From: Podarcis vaucheri
Taxonomy: Eukaryota
DNA length: 64,000 nucleotides
Reading direction: 5' to 3' (one strand)
Assembly (NCBI GenBank): GCA_965113315.1
Contig: OZ220370.1
Part shown: positions 23,261-36,700 of the stretch, in pieces
Numbering within the stretch: position 1 is the first letter of the stretch
Layout: every line of letters begins with the position of its first letter
The notes under the pieces: model-generated
The model's database searches: none
Told to the model about the DNA's origin: nothing
The model's input: the letters and a program-made list of their open reading frames with translations, nothing else
Program-made: the position numbers and the translations under genes

Positions 23261-26200
23261 TAAAAATAGGTGTGTCTTCACCTTAAATTTTCAATATTAT
23301 TTTAAAAACTCTGCTTTTTTTGAGCACTGTATTTGAGGATTGCCTCCTACCATGTGAACATGCCTGTCCAGTACGTTCATAATCTGAGGCCTTACAACAC
23401 ATCCTGTAACTTTCAGACGTTTGGCTAGGTGGGTTGCAGCAGAGGGTCTTTATCGTTAAGTCATGGAGTTTGCAGAACTCCCTTTCTGAAGAGGTTTGGT
23501 TGGTCTCTTGTGGTTTTTTAGGCAGGCTGAAAAAAATTCTTCCAATGTATATTGATAGCTTTAAAAAAAATGCTATTTTTGATGTATTTGTAAATATATA
23601 TTATAGCCAGGGGTACTTTTTATGGATAAAAGGAGAAACATAAATATACACACAGTGCTGGTGTTAACCTTTAAACGGCTTGTGGTCAGGTTCCGAAAAG
23701 CCAATCTCCTCACATATGTATCTGCCCTGACCCTGAGATTATTTTCTGAGGCTGAGGCCCTCCTCTGTGTACTCCCCCCCCCATATAAGGCAAAATGAGT
23801 TGCTAGTAAGCAGCAGATACTTTTGAAAGGATACCTCAGTTGTGGAATGTTCTCCCCAGAAAGACTCACCAGACCCTTTCAGTGCCAGGTTTTATTTTCC
23901 AGGCTTTCCAGTTAAAACAAGCATGTGCTCTTTGTTTCTGGTGCTTTTATACTTATATATGCTTTTTCTGTGCACCAGAGAACTTATTTAATGGGTAGTA
24001 TTAAAATGTGGTTCATAATACATAAATGTATATAATGAGACTGGATATTTGCTTCCTGAGTCTTCTGAGATCTTGCTGTCATAGTCAAAAGTTAGCTAGG
24101 AGAAATTATATAGTTACATTTAATTTCACTTATTAGTGGCAGAAAATGTGTTAGAAAGTAGCTACGAGTTCAGATGTCAAAGATGGCTAATAAAGAATTG
24201 GGACTTTAGTTATAGGAACAGATAAATTTTTTAGGAAGTAACACTTTATACAAAAAGTGGTATTAACTAATTTGGACTTATTATAAATAAGCTTAAATTA
24301 CTGAAAAAAATGTGGCCCATACAGATAATATGTAGCATGCTGAAAGCATTGTTAGTTAAAAAATGGTATTGAGCAAGTCACTGTAAGACTTATTGCGTGC
24401 TTAGTAATGTTAACAAAAAAGACTGATACAATGTATCTACACAAGGGGGCAACCTTGTATTTTGTCTGGCTTGAATTTTTGATGAAACCGATTGATGAAA
24501 TCAACCATTTAAAAGAACTATACGATTCCCCAGTATTTTAGTACTCTTTTCATCAGACATGAAAAAATCATGTATAAATTTGTATTCTAGGAATGATAGA
24601 ATACAACCCCACCCCATCTCAATATGGTTACATCCAAGCATTGGATAGTTCTGAGGTTTTATTCAGAAATATTTTAAATGGACTGCTCTGTACAACAGGT
24701 GATGTGAGAACCACCAAAACAAAAACAAAAGAGAACAAAGTTTATAAGTACTATATTAAACATTTGCTATGGTGAAATACAATATAGTTTACTCTGTCTA
24801 TTAAAACATGTATTCAAGTCATTTGCAAACAGCAAAAGGGCTTTGAAACTGCTGCAAGTTCCCAAACATCTGACCACTAGCACTTCGAAACCCCTTGCAA
24901 GGGATTTTGATTGGTGGGCAGTGGTGCCCACCTGCCAATCATCTGGTGTCATGTAATTAACAGGTGGACAGCTGCACTCACCTTTCCAGTCTCACCTGCG
25001 AAACTGATCTTTTAAGGATTGTTATATCCATTTGTCAACATAAATTGCTATATACTATGTCAGACCATTGGTCCATCTGGCTCAATATTTTCTATACTCA
25101 CTGGCAGCAGCTCTCTTTCACTCCATCCAAAGATGCTAGGAACTGAATATGGGACCTTCTGCATACGGAGTATTTGTTGTACTACTAAGCTCCCATCTTC
25201 CCTGTATCTTCAGCATGCAGCTTTTGCAGACATTAACAGATTTGAGCAAATGGTTTTCAGGCTGTGTCCTGGGGAACTGTTTCTTAAAATGAGATGATCA
25301 GTTGCTGAAGTAGTCTACCACTACTTCTCTTCCTGTATAATGCATGGCTATATGAGTGTAGAAAGTAAGTTACACAGCAAGCCTCCGCAGACCTGACTTA
25401 GTACTACATTATGTACGGAGTGGGTGTTCTACCATAATCTTTGCAAAGAGAAAGTCAATATGATTTCAATTCAAAAAGTCCATGCTTTCTATAGGGAATT
25501 AAAATGCTGCAAGCCAACATGAACAGTATCTGTGATGGTTAGTTGGAGAAATGCAGTACTGCAAATGGTGGCTACTGTTGTTTCTGCTAGGAGGCAGTGG
25601 CATATATATTCCAGTGATAAGGAAAGAAAGTTGAGAAATGGTACCAAGCATTACAAGGAACTTTGTAATGAACTTTGCTGGGTTTCCTCATTCAGCACAC
25701 CAGACGGATGTTGCTATTAGCAAAAAATAAGGTAGACAGGCCTAAATGTTAACTGTTGTCCCATGCTTACTAACTGCAAGAGTAGGTATCTGTAAGCACT
25801 ATACAGAAAACCTGTGTTTAGGAAGCATTTCTGGCAATGCACTCAGGAAGGTAGCTGTGACTTTGTCACCCAAGGAAACCTATAGCTACACTACTGTTAT
25901 GGCTTTGAAGATTACTATGCACAGCATGGTTCCATTGCTATAAAATGATTCATAATCTATATTTAAAAGGGTAATGTTTTGTAGCATAATTCAAATCCTG
26001 TAAAGTATGGGTGATTAATTTGCAACCCTCCAGATTTTTTGGACTCAATTCTCATCAACCTCAGTCATCAAGGCCAATGGCCAGGGATTATGGAAGTTGT
26101 AGTATAACAGCATCTGAGAGGGCCACAGTTTAGTTACTCATATTATAAAGAATTACTTAAAGCAACAGTAATTTTAACCAATGATATGATGAATTTGAAA

Positions 26201-26486
26201 ATGGTGAAAATGGTTCAGATAAACCTGTCAGCTCCAGACACAAAATCTTGATACTGCCTAAATTTAGAGTGATATCACTACTTTGTCAGAGACATTTTTG
26301 AGACTTGTAATATAACCAAATTTTGAACTGAGGGTACCCATAATCTTCCATTAGCTGTCAATTTACTATCTGCAAATAAGAAAGGTTGTTGGAATATGTT
26401 AAGTTCACAGCCTTTTGCATAATCACACACACACACCATCATACTTAATTCCAGGCATATTTTGTACATAACTAAAACCATTCTGT

Positions 26487-26492
26487 TTTATT
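26487..26492 (-). terminator. PLAG1: Probable distal PLAG1 poly(A) signal
   Basis: AATAAA at the end of a long AU-rich, repeat-poor tract, with GU-rich sequence downstream; gives a ~5.1 kb 3'UTR, similar to mammalian PLAG1. Confidence 0.65.
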
Positions 26493-27856
26493 GATATTTT
26501 GTGGAGTTCACATATTTTTGTACAGCAAACATAACACTGTAGGCCACAAGAAGCTGCAGCACTATTGTTTAATAGCAGCAAGTTATATTTTTATCAGGGT
26601 ATGTGGACAATAAATAGTCTGTTTCTTTGGATATGAATGTCTAAAATGAATTTCTGCTGCAGCTTCATAATGTGATAGCTATTTTACAGAGCTTATACAC
26701 AAAAATATATATGCAATCTTTTGTCTATATTTTATACAAATACAACAGTAGTTTGTGAATACATTTTAAAGTACATATACATGATAAGCAACTCAATTTC
26801 CCATATCACAGGATAGTAATTTTAAATGAAATACACAAATTCAGTCTGGAATGCATTTTTCTATTTTGACTCAAAATCTGTATCATTAAACATTTTATCA
26901 CACAAGTCCAAACATTTCTCACTATCTAAAAATATAAGTTTCAGCAATCCAAGTCAGGTTCAGGTGTCATTCTTTTTATATTTCCCCCCAGTTTGTTAAT
27001 ATTCAAAGGGCTCTTAAAAACAAGTATGTTCTTCACTTCACACCATATCAAAAGCCCCTCATTTCATCTATCATCTTCTAGTTTTGAGAATAGGTTCATT
27101 TGGGTACAAATTTACATGTCCAAGTTTCTCCTTTTGCAAGTGCATATGAATACATGGTGGTGTACAAAATTCATTAATGACAAATTAAGTCACAGTATAA
27201 AAATATATCATACATCTATAAATCTAGTATAGGCCTTTCTCTATGGATAAAAATACATCAGTCTGAATGAGACAGGGAGGTCTGTAGCACCATGAGAGGA
27301 GTTGTATCCCAAGTTATATTAGCAGCATGATCCACTATAATATATTTGCATGAGTGTTTCTGAGAAAATAAACATTCATTCTGGTTCAACTGTACCACTG
27401 AAGCTTATACTGAAAAGTGTTTGCATGCAGTTAGCAATAGTTCTGTGTCAATTTTAGGGTTAAATACTTACAAAAAAAACCATGGCCTTCCAGCACATGA
27501 CCACCCCTTTAAGAGTTAGGGGACTATAAACACTCTTTTTTATTACTGTGACATCACTTTAAATTGTTTTCCTCTATATTATCAAATAAGTGGCTGTTTT
27601 CATTGTAATATGACAGAATGCAGATAGGCAGCTGAACCTACATGGCATACTTCATAGCAAACAATGTATAGACTTTATTACTAAGAGGCACGTTATTTTA
27701 AGCTGCTAAACCAGTGTATGAGACAAATAATTAAGAGCTTAAGTCTTCTCTTTATACTAAAAGGCACAGGATCAACCCTATGTTGAATTCCAGCAGCAGC
27801 ATAGCTATGGTAGGACATATCTTTCCAATACTGCATCTTAAATGTTCTGAAGGTTA

Positions 27857-27933
27857 CAATCCTACACACACTTACTTGGAAGTAAATTCCATTGAATTCA
27901 GTGGGTCTTCCAAGTAAAATACACATAGGATTG
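27857..27933. repeat. Palindromic MITE-like repeat inside the PLAG1 3'UTR
   Basis: Ends CAATCCTA / TAGGATTG; inner TTACTTGGAAG / CTTCCAAGTAA arms. Confidence 0.7.
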
Positions 27934-30900
27934 AGCTATAAGGCTGTGCTCCTGTGCCTAATTTCACACATGTAATTCCCACTGAAATGTATGGGACTTA
28001 CTTAGCATTAGTGGGCACATGACTGCAACCTCTAAGATTTCAGAGTATACACTTAACTATTGTTGACTATTCAATTTTTGGACTGGTATGAAATGGCAGT
28101 AGAAGACTGCAGTAGAAACATGTAAACCTAGGAATCCACTGTAAAACCCTTTAAAAAGACACACTGGTTTTGTGCAATATAGCAAATTGATACAAAAACA
28201 CTTTTAAGATGTACCTGTTAAAAGTTACAATGTTTACCATTCTGTACCCAAAGCATTATACCAAAAGGCCCACGTATGTCATCTAATGGCACTTGAAAAA
28301 TTATAATAAAAGTTTTTTTTAATAATAGAAAGCATAACCTGTAAGAAATTCTCTTTTATAAGATTTAGGTTTTCTTTTTGAAAGTGCTATATCTTGTATT
28401 ATGTGTAACACAGAAGTTGATCGAGCTTTAGTTAAAAAACAACAACAAAAACAGCCTACAATACATAGAGCTCACTAGGCAAAAATCCTGAAAATATGTA
28501 CTCTTAACATTCATTATTAGCTTAATAAAGCAATCAGGTCTGGCTCATGTTTTTAGTCAGTATATGGTTTTTGAAAACCTCTACTGCCAAATGAATAAAT
28601 CACTCTATTCCACAATTCACTACTAATAAACACAAGCAAATTATATATATAATATTTTTTTAAATCCATAGCAGAAGTTTAGAAGTTGCACAAAGCGTGG
28701 TGCATGATCAGCCAGCACACACCACACTCCACTCTTAAGAATTAACCTGGTAACTACAAAATAGGCTTTAACATTGACAGTTTTAAGTTGCCAATAATGA
28801 CTTTGCCTAAATGATAGTCATAAAGCACTAATGTGTAAATATTGCCTACGCTGTCATTCTGCTTCCATATACTCCCACACCTTACTTCAGTGACAGAAAC
28901 ACAAGGTGTAGCCATCTGCTGAAGTACTAACTGAATGAGGTTCAATATCTTGTCAGAGGTCCCTACTACTATAATTTGAAGTGCACCTGTGTCTCTAATT
29001 AAAACCATCTTACAACCTGAGGGAACTGCCGTAACAACATGGAGCCTTCATATGTATTAAGGAGTACTGGAAAAACTAGTTTTTTATTTTATTTTTTTTA
29101 AAAAACAAGTTAACCAGCAACTAACACTGAAAACAGATAATATTGTCGTGACATGCTTTGTACATACCATCCCTGTCAAACACCATAAGCAATGTAGTGG
29201 TAAGCCTCTATTAGAAAATGAAAGGTTAAAACTAGTTCAACTCACTTCTGAAATGGGTGAACAGCTTTTTCAAATAGTCACCTGCTGGTGTTTCCCCAGT
29301 AACACATAAAACTACTGAGTGTGTGAAAAAAATGGGACAGAGAAGGCCAGTCCCTCAGGTACCGATTCTGAATGGTGTTGAATTCCTTCAACATCTACCA
29401 AAACAGCATGGAAGGAGGTATACTTTTCTCATAGGACATGACTCCTTTCAAGAGATAGTATTTCCATCTTTTCTACTACTATACTACTACTAATCATAAT
29501 CACAGTTAAACAATTTTCTATTTGCTTTGTCATTTGGACATAAAGTAAGTTTGTAATATTTCCAATTTTCTTCTGATGTGTTCCTCTCCCCTCCCTTAAA
29601 ATGATGGTGCTAAAAGGCTGGAAAGCAATATTGAACAAGTCATTCCACTGAAGCTGTATTTAAGCAACCTGTTTCATAGAAACTAAAGGAAGCAATCATG
29701 CAGCAGAGCTAAAGTCTACTTTGAGAAAGTCTTCTCCCAGCATATTGGAGCAGCTTGCAGAATTTTGAAACTGTATTTTCCTTATTAATACACCCCTTTT
29801 TAATGCCTTTGGAACATAAACATTTATAAAAAGTTACCATTCAGTAATAAAATTTAAATACATCAGTATAAAATAGTAAAATCACACCTGCATATTGTTC
29901 CTACGATAAAAAAGTAGGAACTAATGATACAAATATTGGGAGCCAAAGCTCCTTAATGGGAGCAACTTTTGTTTCTGTGAAGTATATTAAGGTCAACCAC
30001 TTAAAACCTTGTATTCATTTACACAAATGATTGGAGATAATTATGCCAAGGAATAGAATTTTACCAAGTTACAGCAAAACTACATTTTGCATTTATATAT
30101 CACAGTTTTTCCCTCTTTTGGTTATTGGGATAGGAAATATAAGAGGGCATTTTGAAAAGCAACAGCACTTTGACATACAGCATGAGTAGCCATTTTGTTG
30201 TTAGTTTCCCCAAACACCCTTTTATATTAGGTAAAAGTGGCATAAGCAATATGCTTTTACTTCACTCCTAAGAGTCCTGTTATTAATTATTGGCAGTGAG
30301 AAAAATCACTAGCCAAATACCCAGGCGTGGTAAGTGTGATTACCATCTGCGTTGTTACTTAGGGTGACATTACACACCATGAAATATAACTCAAGAGATC
30401 CGCTCCAATGATAATATGGAAAAATGTATTTGCCAGTTTACATTCATTTTTTGACTGCAAACTAAACATCAAATTGACATCATATAAAAAACTTTCTGTC
30501 TCGGCTTCACCCCATCTTTCTGATGAGACTGCTAAAAATGATTATGGAAAAGGTAACGTTAACATGGATTTTATTTGATGCTTTCTGCTTACTTACTGAA
30601 GGAATTAGTCAGCAGAACTGGAAGAAGGCACTTGTTAGCAATTCCTCGTTCCAGTGCAGCTTCGCTGCCCCACTATGGTTGCTGTAAATCTGGTCCGGAG
30701 GGTCTGGCACAGATGGTGGGGGGTGCAGGGGAGTTCAGGGGAGAAGGGAAACTGCCACAGATGCCTCCCTCCTCCATTCTGCTGATGGATTTCTTTCATC
30801 AGTGAGTGAGCAGAAAGCATTAGATACGTAGGATACTCATTGGATACCCAGCGAGCAGTATTCAACCATGTTTGACTCAGAATAGTCCTATTGAAATTAA

Positions 30901-31635
30901 TAGACCTAACTTAATCATGTTCTGTAATTTCAAAGAGTCTACTCTGAGTAAAAACTTAGTTGAATACCACCCAATATTTTTATTTGAAGGTCAGCTCTTA
31001 CATTTTGTCTCTTTTAAAACTTCCCAATCAGGCATACCTTTCTTACCAAATTATAATACTTTGTAATTGCACTTAAGTGAGAGGTTTCTTCCTCTCTATT
31101 CTTGTGAAGTTATTTAAGCGTAAGTGGTAGGTCCTTCAGACCTTTGAAGAAGACTACACATAAAAACTTTCTCATACAAGAGTAACACATTTCCTTATTT
31201 ATAAATCATGATTTTTAGTTCATGAACAAGGCAAAAATATTCTGAATTTTTCACAGACATCTGTATTAACATGTTTTGTTCCTAGTCTTGAAAGTATCAA
31301 AATAGCCACAATTCCACTGACAAAGTGAATTATCAGATCTTAATGAAATTTTAAACAAGGGATACATAACGTTTAGTGGGAATGGTTTCCTTTTCCTTTT
31401 TTAAGTGTGGGTCTATTGGCAGTGAGAATACAGAGACTTAAAAAAAACACACAGAGTAAACAACTGTGAATGAACACATTCAAAATATTTTAAAAGTTAA
31501 TTTGAATTTCATACTGGCTTAATGAGATTGGTACTGTACAAAAGTAGATTTACAAATGACATAGTAGGCACTACATTAATAATAGTAATCTAAGGCATTT
31601 CTACAAATAAACCTGTCACAAGGCAATTTTTCACC

Positions 31636-32899
31636 CTATTGGAAAGCTTGATGAAAACGTGGTAAGGTTGTGGTTGTGTTTAAACTGCTTGTGAAAGCTG
31701 CTGATAATGAATGCAAAGACCCAAGACCTATACCATTACCAGGGTCATGTGGATCTTGTGCCTGTGGAGGAAGCTGCGTCATAGATGAATGTGCTTCCTC
31801 TTGCGTGTAACTCATTCCAAGATTTCCTACAGAAACAGAAGGATTAAAAGGAGGTCCATTTACAGGTATAAAATTGAATAACTGAGAGAAGTCCAGTGAT
31901 GGGGTGCTTAGAGGTTCACTAATAGAAACTGAACTTTTCGAAAGGGAAACATCCCCAGATCCATCATCTAGTGGTCCTACTTGAGGATCCAACCCTAATT
32001 TAGATGAAGATGCTTGAGAATCTTGGGATGAAGAAGGCATACCACTTTGCAGTTCCATTAAGTAACTTTCAATTTCCCCTTTCAATGGCTGCTCTTTATC
32101 AGTCATAGAAACTGTATATGAGGTAGAACTGAGTGGATATTTTAGAGAGAGCTGGTGAGAAGGATGGACAGATTCCATATCTATTGGACAAGGCATTCCT
32201 AAAGGTAATGATGTGGCAACCATTTGGTGTGCAGATGTTGAGCTCTGCATGGACTGAATCTGAGTATTGTAGAGATTTAATTGCAAAGTGTTTGTAAATG
32301 GCTTTGATGTCAGTTCACTGGAAGATAAAGACATCACTGGAAGTAACTCGTCCTTTATAGGCACAGAAACATTGCAAGGAAATGGGTCTAGTAGATCCAT
32401 TGGCTCCGTTTTGACCTTCAGAAGTTCTTGGTTGTGACTTTTCTTCATATGCCGTGTTAGGTGATCCTTCCGGCCAAATCTCTGTGCGCAATACTGACAG
32501 AGGAAGTCCTTTCTTCCAGTGTGCACTACCATGTGTCTCCGGACATCCTTTCGGGTGTAAAACCGACGATCACAATGTTCACACTGGTGCTTTTTCTCCT
32601 TCACTCCACCTGATGATTTGCCTGCATGAGTTTTTAGGTGCTCCAGCAACACCCCTGTGCTTTCAAATGTCTGCAAACATACTTTACAGGTGAGGTCACC
32701 ACTTGTTGCAGCATGCAAAGCCAGGTGACGCTTAAACCCAAGCTTCGTGTTGTAGTTCTTTCCACATTCTTCACACTTAAAGGCCTCTTTATTGGGATTA
32801 TGTGTATGTAGGTGATTCTTTAGGTGATCTTTTCGATGAAACATTTTCTCACAATAATTACACTTGTGGGTTTTCTCAGGAGAATGAGTAGCCATATGC
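31636..32899 (-). CDS. PLAG1: PLAG1 zinc finger protein, last coding exon
   Basis: ttcaag|G CAT ATG GCT...; five C2H2 fingers (ZF3-7), SUMO motifs VKTE, IKDE, LKGE, Ser-rich activation domain, C-terminal TTTLPRFHQAFQ*; synteny with MOS. Confidence 0.98.
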
Positions 32900-33426
32900 C
32901 TTGAAACACAGATATATTCTGTAAGTAATTATTTTGATCAAAAAGTACACGTGTTCATTTAATGGCAGCTAAATACTAAACTATTTTTTTCAAACAAATA
33001 TTTTGCAAAAGACATGTCACTATAGACATTAAATGCCATACTTAAATATACCAAATCACACATTACAAGCAATTTCATTTCAATTGACATTTTAGTTTGA
33101 TGTTTAAGTTATTTTAATAATATATTTCATTATATATGAATATTTCAATTATGCCCATAGCAAAAATGCTCAATTCATACACTTCTTTGCAACATGTTTA
33201 TACAACTGAAAAAAGCTTTAAACTCCTCTTTGAAAACACACACAAAGACTGAAAGATATTAGCTTGTAAAACTATGCACTATAGTTTATACTTCTACAAT
33301 CTGATGTCTAAATTAACTAACATTTCCTCCCTGCAAATCAGCTGAAGTGTACACAGATATATACGTTTACAAAGCTTAAAATGGCCAACAAATGATAATA
33401 TAATCTGAAAAATAAATAGAGTTTAA

Positions 33427-33718
33427 NNNNNNNNNNNNNNNNNNNNNNNNNNNNNNNNNNNNNNNNNNNNNNNNNNNNNNNNNNNNNNNNNNNNNNNNNN
33501 NNNNNNNNNNNNNNNNNNNNNNNNNNNNNNNNNNNNNNNNNNNNNNNNNNNNNNNNNNNNNNNNNNNNNNNNNNNNNNNNNNNNNNNNNNNNNNNNNNNN
33601 NNNNNNNNNNNNNNNNNNNNNNNNNNNNNNNNNNNNNNNNNNNNNNNNNNNNNNNNNNNNNNNNNNNNNNNNNNNNNNNNNNNNNNNNNNNNNNNNNNNN
33701 NNNNNNNNNNNNNNNNNN
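33427..33718. other. 292-nt run of N (assembly gap or masked sequence)
   Basis: Directly visible. Confidence 1.
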
Positions 33719-33788
33719 CTCCACTAAATGATTTAGCTTTAGATGGCTTCTCAAGTTTCATGTGGTCGTTAAAGAAAGCAAAAGGGGA
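33430..33788 (-). CDS. PLAG1: PLAG1 first coding exon; only its first 70 nt (5'UTR) are visible, the start codon and ZF1-2 lie in the gap
   Basis: Strong acceptor ttttttttttccag|TCCCCTTTTGCTTTCTTTAACGACCACATGAAACTTGAGAAGCC matches my recollection of human exon 4; the lower boundary is inferred from the human exon length (~359 nt), not seen. Confidence 0.75.
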
Positions 33789-36700
33789 CTGGAAAAAAAA
33801 ATAAGAAACAACTATTTGTAACTACACTTAATTTTGAAGTTTACTTGCTATGTGATGTTTTTGAATAAAGCTTATATAAAATTAGGTTCAGCTGGTCTAA
33901 TGTAATATATGTAGGCTCATTTAAGCTATTTATCACAGCTCATAATTCACTGCTCAGGATGGACAGAACCACATATGTGCTGAAACTACATCTTGCCATT
34001 CTTTTGAGGTTCTTGAGGCAATGTAGTAGTACTGCAAGAATTTATCTAAGCCTTAAATAAAAGTAACTGTTCCTATATTTCAGTAGAAAACAGTTTCGTA
34101 TCTTTTATCAAATCAAAGTGATATTGCTAAGTGAGTGCCATCTACTGAAGAAAAAGAAGCACAATTCAAAAGGAATCTAGTCTGAAGCAGCAGCACTGTA
34201 AACTGGACTAAAAATAATGGTGCATGATACAGCACTCCCATGACTATACTACTACAGAACTTTGGGGGAAATGCAAGTATGAATAGCCTTATACAATTTT
34301 TTTTATTGCCTGTGGAATACAAAATGCCAAGGAAAAGTCCCAGTGAACAGATAACTATAATGTCTAATCTAACTCAGCGTCTTCTGACCTTATAGTTATT
34401 TATGCACAGAGACTTCAAAATACAATGATGATGATAATAAGAGTATTCAATCATGCAAATCCTCAAATTGCATTTCAGAGTGCTATAGTCCTGAATGGTC
34501 TGTACCATGCAATTGTTCTTCATGTGTAGAAGACCCTAATATTAGCCACATAAGGATCTGACTGACAGCCAAGCTGTGGTGATTTAGTGCTCAGGAATTA
34601 TATGGGCACAAGTATGTCAACATCTACAAGAGTTATCTAATCCTTGCTTTTAGTAACCATGAGCACTCTGCAATCCTCTATTCCTAACAGTACTGTTTTT
34701 CAAATATTAAAACTAAGCTGAGATCATAGATAGCAAGGCCCAAGAAGCTATTAAGGAAACAGATTGGAGGCTAGATATGCAACTGACAGATACTAAAGGT
34801 TTATAAGGAAAGACAAGCATAAGCATAGAAGGTACCGTAATAAGATTCACTCAGTGGTGTAGTTTGCATGTCATGGTAAAGCAAACTATGGCTTACTGAA
34901 ACCAAGTGAATGTGACGGCTCCTGGAGAGAAGCTCACACCTGCTTTGCTCCTCCTCAAGCCTTTTAGCAGTATGGAGTGGCATCCCAACCCAAGATCATG
35001 ATGTCTCCTCAACCACGATCTGTAACCAAAGGACAAATCCCAGGTTCAGAAGACACACCAAGCTGAACCTTGACTTAGCTGTTGCACCACACTGTGCTAA
35101 AAGGTTGGGGGAGGAGCCAGGCTCTTTTTCTGGAGCCAACATGTTCATGCAGTTGCAATAAGCCACAGCTTGGGTTACAGTGATATGCAAATTAGGCCAG
35201 TTCCTCCTAACTGAACGATTGTCCGTAAAATCTTTGGTGCTTTCAAACAAACCATGTATTCTAATGAACACCTAGTTACCACCCAAATATTTAATCTGTA
35301 TATAAACTTTTGAAAAACCTGATATTGTTTTAAAAACATCTATCAGTGGATAAAAAAAATAAACCTACTTCTTGGGGGACTGGGAATGGCAAAATGTATA
35401 GATTAGCCTAGCATGTTTTTTCTTGTTTTATTGATTTCTGCACTTCACACTGTAAAAAGAAAATGATTTTGCTATTCATAATTTGTGCCAATGTCTTTCT
35501 AAATGAACTAGATAAATGATATAAGAAAAAAAATACCTCCCTTTGGGAAAAGTGGTAATAATTATCTCCAGGATGTTTTATCCACATGCTAAAACCTGGT
35601 AGTAGCAGATTCAGCTGGTTATTTGGGGAGCAACCCTCTACAGACATTAAATTCTAGATTTTTAGGCTTGGCTACCACTACACTTTAACATAAGGAAGTT
35701 CGCAGACAGCAAGTTTCCTGTCCCTTCCAACTCCCTTGCAGCCACCTGCCCTTCATGAAAAGCCTTTCTGGAAGTCATCGAAGCGGTGGTGTTCATCTGA
35801 ACGCCCCTGTTGTACAGCAGCCTCATCATGGCTGTATAGTCAGGACCAGAATGCAAATTTGTGTGCTCCTGTCCTCCCGAGTGAGCATCCCTAGCCTCTG
35901 ATATTTAGGGCTTGCTAAGATTGATATTATGCCTGCATCAGCAATTTCATTAACCACACTTAGCATAAACCACAGTTGATTTTTTAATAAAGTGACTATT
36001 GAATATGTTGGTGCAGTTGCAATACCAATAGTTAGCCCAAAACTGATAGAGGGAGCCAGACCCATCTGAGAAGGTTCAAACCTCAGGGTTCAAGTTCTCG
36101 GGGAACTGCTGATCTCTCATGTACTCATGATTAGGCCACTGGGAAAGCCCAAAATAGTTCTAAGAGCTTTTTAACAGCAGAGAGGAAAGGGCAACTATGA
36201 AACTCACAACTGACACACTATCTGGGGGTGGGGTGAGGGACTACATTTTTTGATAAAATGGTACATTTTAATGCATCTTCCACAACAAACTGAATAACAT
36301 ACCCCTATTTGTTGTGCCAGATACTGATACTCTGAGGACGTCCTAAGTGAAAAGGAACTGAAGCTGTTCCAGTGACCAATTGTTGTGTCCCTCAATTAGC
36401 AACAAAAGCAAACAAGTGCAAGTCAAACTACAAATGAAAAATAAAGCACATTTAATTATTTGCCTGCCATCTTTCTAACCTTTCCTTATTGGTACCAATA
36501 ATGTTTAATTAAGGAAATATGATTAAGTAGGAACTGGGAAGCAGAACATGCATTCCCAAAATTCAGTTGTGGGTCCCTATAAAAGCATTAAGCGAATGAA
36601 CTGCAAAACCTAAGTGAGCACAAAAAAATAATAAACTACAAGAAGTGTTTATGGAAATACTTAATGAATTCAGAAAGAAAGCATAACATCTCATGGTGAT

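Larger units (their letters stand above)
26470..31635 (-). other. PLAG1: PLAG1 3'UTR
   Basis: Follows the TAG stop; AU-rich with many miRNA seed matches; 3' end inferred. Confidence 0.65.

Noticed and set aside
33338-33761. 112-138 aa ORFs across the gap
   Set aside because: Lengths are artefacts of Ns; only the visible uORF start is meaningful.
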